A stretch of DNA of 64,000 nucleotides, taken from assembly GCF_009914755.1 (NCBI RefSeq), contig NC_060943.1, one strand, 5' to 3'. A program made the position numbers and the translations under genes. The notes beneath the pieces were generated by a model. That model saw only the letters and a list, made by a program, of their open reading frames with translations, was not told the origin of the DNA and made no database searches. Shown here piece after piece: positions 53,111 through 64,000 of this stretch. Origin of the DNA: the human T2T-CHM13v2.0 reference genome, Homo sapiens. Numbering within the stretch: the first letter of the stretch is position 1; each line of letters opens with the position of its first letter.

Positions 53111-53209
53111 AAAGGCTGGGTGCGGTGGCTCACCCCTGTAATCCCCAGCACTTTGGGAGGCCGAGGAGGGTGGATCATGAGGTCAGGACGATCGGGACCA
53201 TCCTGGCTA

Positions 53210-54086
<877 letters not shown>

Positions 54087-54348
54087 CTATCTCAAAAAAA
54101 AAAAAAAAAAAAAAAAAAGGCACACACTGGGAGGTAGGGTTTTGCCCAGAGCCCTGGCAGCTGGAGGACTCTGGACTTGAGCGAGGGATTACGGGAGAGT
54201 GCCCATGTGAGAGAGATAAGATCTGGTTTTTTCATTTGAAAAGTCATTCTGGCTGCTGTGCTTAGCAGTCGGGGAAACAGGAGACAGTTTTAGGCAGCAG
54301 GTGGTCTAGTTCTGCCTCCCGAACAATTTGCATTTATAGAGATATTCA

Positions 54349-55185
<837 letters not shown>

Positions 55186-55813
55186 TTAAAAAAAAAATTA
55201 GCCAGGCATCGTGGCACACGCCTGTGTTCCCAGCTACTTGGGAGGCTGAGGCGAGAGGATTGCCTGAGCCTGCAATGGCGAGGCCACAGTGACCTGTGAT
55301 GGCATCACTGCACTCCAGCCAGGGCAACAGAGTGAGACCCTGTCTCAAAGATAAATAAACAACTATTTCAAAAATTGATATATAATCCACACACCCTAAA
55401 ACTCGCCCTTTGAAGTGTACGATTCATTGGTTTTTAATACATTCACAAGGTTGGGCAAATACTACCTTCATCTAATTTCAGGACATTTTCTGTTTTTTGA
55501 GACAGAATCTCCTTCTGTTGCCCAGGCTGGAGTGCAGTGGTGCGATCTCGGCTCACTGCAAACTTCCTTTGCCCCTGGGGAGCTTAAGTGGGTGGTGGGA
55601 CAGGCAGCGAGACCCATTAGAGAACACAAGAGGCCAAGGCTTGAGATAGATTGGAGGGGGCCGGAGAATACTAGTCAGAAGTTGCTGCTAGGGGCCGGGC
55701 TCATTAGCTCACGCTTGTAATCCCAACACTTTGGGAGGCTGGGCAGGGCGGATCACTTGAGGTCAGGAGTTCAAGACCAGCCTGGCCAACATGGTGAAAC
55801 CCTGTCTCTACTA

Positions 55814-55999
<186 letters not shown>

Positions 56000-56177
56000 C
56001 TATGCATGCCCAAGAGGAGAAATCAAGGCAGGCTTCCTGAAGGAGGTGTCATTAGCTTCCAAAAGCAGGTGAGGCTAGGGAAATCATTCGAAGCAGGTAG
56101 GCCCATGAAGCAGAGGTGTAGAGAGTGGCATCGGGACTCCAAGTACCCTAGGCCACCCCCCAGTCCCTCATGGGTAC

Positions 56178-56303
56178 CTCTGGCTTGGGCGGCTCCTTCT
56201 CGGGGCCCTGGAGCTGCTTCTGGTTCCAGCTGAGCCACATCTGGTGCAGCTTCTCCTGGCCTTCCACCAGCTTCTGATCAACGCCTTGCTTGACAGTTTC
56301 CAT
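56178..56303 (-). CDS. PLIN3: Perilipin-3 coding exon (126 nt), [10 protein letters not shown]...PPKPE
   Basis: ccccag|ATG...GAG|gtaccc; phase 0/0, in frame with its neighbours. Confidence 0.96.
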
Positions 56304-56716
56304 CTGGGGCAGGGGAGAGAGAAGTGAGGGAAGGAGGCTCCCCTGGGAGAGACGGGATTCCAGAAGGAACCCAAGGAATCCTTCCAGCATCTGACTTACA
56401 TGACAGTCTAGAAAAGAGAAAGGGAGGGAGGGAGGAAGGGTTTCCTGGCTACGGTGAGCTCTGGGGCCTTTGGTTTAATCATTGACATACTCAGGCTCTG
56501 TGTGGTTGGTGCAAAGAAGGGCTGCACATCCCCTGTAGCTCTTCCCATTGTGTCAATTTCTCCTGCGCTTGCAAGGGAGCCTGGACACGTGGCTGGCTTT
56601 GGCCAATGGGACATGAGCAGATGGAACCAGCAAAGGCTTAAAAAGTGCTTGTAGGCTGGGCATGGTGGCTCACACCTGTAATCCCAGCACTTTGGGAGGT
56701 TGAGGTGGGTGGATCA

Positions 56717-56986
<270 letters not shown>

Positions 56987-57924
56987 TCAGCCTTCCAAAG
57001 GAACGAAGCAGGCTGACTTCTGCAATCCCAGCGCTTTGGGAGGCCAAGGGGGTTGGATCAGTTGAGCTCAGTAGCTCCAGAACAGCATAGGCAACACAGT
57101 GACATCTCATCTCTACATATTACATAAAGTTTAAGAGAAAAGAAAAATAGTCGGCCGAGCCCAGTGGCTCACACCTGTAATCCCAGCACTTTGGGAGGCC
57201 GAGGCGGGTGGATCACGAGGTGAGGAGATCGAGACCATCCTGGCTAACACGGTGAAACCCCATCTCTACTAAAAATACAAAAAATTAGCCCAACGTGGTG
57301 GTGGGCGCCTGTAGTCCCAGCTACTCGGGAGGCTGAGGCAAGAGAATGGTGTGAACCAAGGAGGCAGAGCTTGCAGTGAGCAGAGACTGCATGCCACTGC
57401 ACTCCAGCCTGGGTGACAGAGCGAGACTCCGTCTCAAAAAAAAAAAAAAAAAGGCCGGGCGCGGTGGCTCACGCCTGTAATTCCAGCACTTTGGGAGGCC
57501 GAGGCGGGCGGATCAAGAGGTCAGGAGATCAAGACCATCCTGGCTAACACTGTGAAACCCCATCTCTACTAAAAATAGAAAAGAAAATTAGCCAGGCGTG
57601 GTGGCCGGCGCCTGTAGTCCCAGCTACCAGAAGGCTGAGGCAGGAGAATGGCATGAACCCAGGAGGCGGAGCTTGCAGTGAGCCGAGATCGCGCCACAAA
57701 AAGAAAAGAAAAATAAATAAAGAGGAATGATGGCAGACATATGCTCCAAGATGGGTGCACCTAAGAGGCTGCAGTGAGCCATGATCATCCACTCCAGCCT
57801 GGGCAACAGAGTGAGCCCCTGTCTCTGGAAAAAAAAAAAAAAAATGGTCATAAAGGTAAATGAAGCTATCCATTAGGGTGGGCTCCAATCCATAAAGGGC
57901 TGGTCTCCTTCAATAAGGAGATTA

Positions 57925-58287
<363 letters not shown>

Positions 58288-58417
58288 CTACGAGTCAAGG
58301 AGAGAGGCCCCAGAAGGACACTCTGATCTTGGACTTCCAGCCTCCAGAAATGTGAGAAAATAAATATCTGTTGTTTACATTTCCCAGACAGTACGAATTT
58401 TTTTTTTTTTTTTTTGA

Positions 58418-58522
<105 letters not shown>

Positions 58523-58680
58523 TGAGTAGCTGGGATTACAGGTGCCTGCCATTGTACCTGGCTAATTTTTGTATTTTTAGTAGAGATGGGGTTTCACCAT
58601 GTTGGCCAGGCTGGTCTTGAACTCCTGACCTCGTGATCCACCCGCCTCAGCCTCCCAAAGTGCTGGGATTACAGGCATGA

Positions 58681-58884
<204 letters not shown>

Positions 58885-59198
58885 TAGAGATGGGGTCTTG
58901 CTATATTGCCCAGGTGGGTCTCAAACCCCTGGACTCATGCGATCCTCCTGCCTTGGGCTCCCAAAGCACTTGAGGGACTCACACAAAGAGGTGTGAGCCA
59001 CTGTGCCCGGCCCCAGACAGTGTGGTTTGTGGCAGCATCCTGAGCAAATGAGTGTACAACCAGATACAGTGCCAGGAGCAAGCGGGAATGGCCCTGCCAG
59101 CCTGCAGAGGGGTGAGCAATAAGCCACTGAGCTCTGGGTGGGTGTCTGCTGCGGGGTGAAGGCTGCTGGCTCAGGGCCCCGACCCCCTGGAACCTCAC

Positions 59199-59398
59199 CA
59201 GGCTTAGGGCCTGCGACAGCTGCAGCAGAGCCTCCTGTGCCCTCTGCTTGGTGGCTCGAAGCTTGCCCAGCGAGTGCTCATAGGCGTGCTGCCGCAGCCT
59301 CTCCGACAGGGAGCCCAGACGTACGAAGTAGCTCTGTTCCTGCCGCTGCTGCTGCACGGACGCAACGTCGAAGCCATCCAGGGATGTGGCGATGCGGG
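59199..59398 (-). CDS. PLIN3: Perilipin-3 coding exon (200 nt), [10 protein letters not shown]...[14 protein letters not shown]...LSQALSL
   Basis: ccttgcag|CC...CTG|gtgagg; phase 1/0; conserved perilipin YFVRLGSLS motif. Confidence 0.97.
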
Positions 59399-59510
59399 CT
59401 GCAAGGAAAAGGAGAAGGGTCTCTGTGAAGACCAGAACACACAGCTGGGCTCGTCCCATGCAGACAGTCCCAAGAATCACACTGTCCAGTTTATTTATTT
59501 ATTTATTTAG

Positions 59511-59924
<414 letters not shown>

Positions 59925-60011
59925 TAGACTAGCAGGAGGGTCTCAAGCTATGGCCTGCAGGCCAGACCTGCCTTGGACAACCTGTGAATATAGGCCTGAA
60001 TGTTCATTATG

Positions 60012-60942
<931 letters not shown>

Positions 60943-61053
60943 TAGCAACTGGGACTACAGGCGTGCACTAGCACACCCAGCTAATTTTTAAATTTTTTGT
61001 AGAGATGGGGTCTATGTTGTCCAGGCTGGTCTGGAACTACTGGGCTTAACTAA

Positions 61054-61284
<231 letters not shown>

Positions 61285-61767
61285 TGAGTAGCTGGGATTA
61301 CAGGCATGTGCCACCATGCTTGGCTAATTTTTGTATTTTTAGTAGAGATGGGGTTTCACCATGTTGGCCAGGCTGGTCTCAAACTCCTGACCATGTGATC
61401 CAGCTGCCTCAGCCTCCGAAAGTGCTGGGATTACAGGCATGAGTCACCACACCTGGCCTTTATTTTTTTTGAGATGGAGTTTCACTCTTGTTGCCTGGGC
61501 TGGAGTGCAATGGCGCAGTCTTGGCTCACCACAAGCTCTGCCTCCCAGATTCAAGCCATTCTCTTGCCTCAGCCTCCCGAGTTAGCTGGGATTACAGGGA
61601 TGCGCCACCATGCCTGGCTAATTTTGTATTTTTAGTAGAGATAGGGTTTCTTTATGTTGGTCAGGCTTGTCTCGAACTCCCGACCTCAACCTCCACCCGC
61701 CTCAGCCTCCCAAAGTACTGGGATTACAGCCATGAGCCACTGCGCCCAGCTGCATATATTTATTTAA

Positions 61768-62112
<345 letters not shown>

Positions 62113-62854
62113 TAGTAGAGATGGGGTTTCACTGTGTTAGCCAGGATGGTCTCGATCTCCTGAACCTGTGATCCGCCCGCCTTGGCCTCCCAAAGTGCTG
62201 GGATTACAGGCGTGACCCACCGTGCCCGGCCTAATTTTTGTATTTTTAGTAGAGACCGGGTTTCACCATGTTGGCCAGGCTTGTCTCAAACTCTTGACTT
62301 CAGGTGATCTGCCCACCTCGGCCCACCAAAGTGCTGGGATTACAGGCTGAGCCACCGCGCCCTGCCTATATCCTAAGCTACTTATTTGCAAAAATCCCAA
62401 TCCCCGCACTTTGGGGGGCTAAAGCAGTAGGATCACTCCAGCCAAGGAGTTCTGGATCAGCTGGGATGACAGAGGGAGACCCCGTCTTTACCAAAAATTA
62501 AATAAAGAAAAATTAGTTGGGCATGATGGTGTGTGCTTGTAGTCCCAGCTACTCGGAGGCTGAGATGGGAGGCTCGCCTCAACCCAGGAGTTTGAGGCTG
62601 CATTGAGCTATGATCGCACCACTGCACTTCAGCCTGGGCAAGAGAGTGAGACTCTATCTCTAAAACAAATAAATAAAAAAGGGCCGGGCATGGTGGCTCA
62701 CACCTGTAATCCCAGTACTTGGGGAGGCCGAGGTGGGCAGATCACAAGGTCAGGAGTTCGAGACCAGCCTGGCCAACATAGTGAAACCCCGTTTCTACTA
62801 AAAATACAAAAAATTAGCTGTGTGGTGGCAGGTGCCTGTAATCCCAGGTACTCA

Positions 62855-62959
<105 letters not shown>

Positions 62960-63286
62960 CTAAATAAATAAATTAATTAATTAAAGAAGAATATCAAATA
63001 AACAGTGCAGGGAGTGCGAATATGTGACCGAGATGACTGGAGTGGGATGTCTGGCCTGGCGGGAACACCAGCATTGTTGTCACAGTTCAGTGAGATCTCA
63101 AGTTTAGTCACGTATTTATGCAGGAGCGGAGTGGCGAAGGGGGAAGAGGAGGAGGGCGGGGAGAGGACAGGGGAGGTTGTGCAGGACCTTGTGGGCTGTG
63201 ACGAGGACTTGGGCTTTGACCCCAGGGGAGGTGGGGTCCATGGAGGGCTGTGGGCAGAGGGACGGGTTCTGACTCAGGTGGTCACA

Positions 63287-63304
63287 GGCGCCCTCTGGTG
63301 GCTG
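63287..63304 (-). promoter_or_regulatory. CTCF motif within an L2-like fragment (~63120-63330)
   Basis: Reverse complement CAGCCACCAGAGGGCGCC. Confidence 0.65.
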
Positions 63305-63512
63305 CTGTGGGGAGGAGACTGTGGTGGATGAGGGCGGGAGCTGGTGAGCAGGACAGAGGGGACTGCGTTAGTGATGAGATCCCAAGATGCCCGGGAGAAG
63401 TGGCAGGGACGAGGCGGCAGTGAGTGTCGGCACAGACCCCAGGAGGCCGACAGCGGCTTCCGGTCAGGGGGCCTGGGGAGGGGTCCCAGAGCAGCCCGCT
63501 GGCCACACTTAC

Positions 63513-63798
63513 CCAGTTCGGCATCCGTAAGGGGCAGGTGGTTGTCCGCCCACTCCTCCGACTTCCCCAGCACCGTGTCGACCCCACTCAGCACCATCTG
63601 GCCCAAGCGGGAGCCCATGACCGATTGGACGCCGCCGGTCACTACGGACTTTGTCTTGTCCACGCCGCTCTGCACAGCACCGCGGGTCGCGTCCACCGCC
63701 TCCGACAATTGGGTGGCCACCGTGTCCTTGGCGCTAGACACCATCTCTTGGGCCCCCGACACCTTAGACGACACAAGCTCCTTGGTGTCCGCCAGGAC
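63513..63798 (-). CDS. PLIN3: Perilipin-3 coding exon (286 nt), [12 protein letters not shown]...LPLTDAEL, 11-mer amphipathic repeat region; gene continues beyond the window
   Basis: catctcctag|GTC...CTG G|gtaagt; phase 0/1, joins the next exon as G|CC. Confidence 0.97.
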
Positions 63799-63817
63799 CT
63801 AGGAGATGCAACAGCAT

Positions 63818-64000
63818 CAGCATCTCTGCCTTCCCTCCATATCTGGGCACCCCTCCCCTGCACCCCAACTTCCAGGGAGACCGAGGCGGGGAGCGCCATC
63901 CCCCGGGTGACCCCAGCATCTCCGTCTTCCCTCTGTATGTGGGCACCCCTCCCCTGCACCCCAACTTCCAGGGAGACTGAGGCAGGGAGCGCCATCCCCC
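63818..64000. repeat. 96-bp-unit GC-rich minisatellite (~2 units visible, runs off the window)
   Basis: cagcatctc at 63818 and 63914; gggcacccctcccctgcaccccaacttccagggagac at 63845 and 63941. Confidence 0.9.

Noticed and set aside
63818-64000. 96-bp repeat as a perilipin-4-like coding repeat
   Set aside because: Intronic, 96 rather than 99 nt, and its translation does not resemble perilipin amphipathic repeats.

Overview
Human (primate) genomic DNA, extremely Alu-dense, recognisable from its proteins as the chr19p13.3 FEM1A-TICAM1-PLIN3 locus. Genes: (1) FEM1A, intronless, + strand (CDS 3317-5326), with a CpG-island promoter rich in ZNF143/THAP11 and YY1 motifs. (2) TICAM1/TRIF, complete, - strand: non-coding exon 1 near 43091-43180, a ~13 kb intron, then exon 2 carrying the whole CDS (27704-29845). 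(3) The last four coding exons and 3'UTR of PLIN3/TIP47, - strand. The rest is roughly a hundred Alus, old L1/L2/MIR/LTR/DNA-transposon fragments and simple repeats; almost all other ORFs in the track are Alu-derived or antisense shadows. I see no support for a new protein-coding system. The most unusual observations are: pairs of ancient L1MB-like and L2-like fragments 33-40 kb apart that are far more alike than their age predicts, the L2-like pair carrying a CTCF-consensus site; out-of-frame upstream ORFs overlapping the start codons of both TICAM1 and FEM1A; an Alu flanked by a 72-bp duplication; a tail-less AluY fragment inside another Alu; a locally triplicated non-Alu unit downstream of FEM1A; a palindromic two-way poly(A) signal next to an LTR-derived promoter-like cluster at the TICAM1 3' end; and a G-rich 20-bp tandem array beside the TICAM1 promoter. 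Repeat-family names and reference-protein comparisons are from memory, not from database searches.
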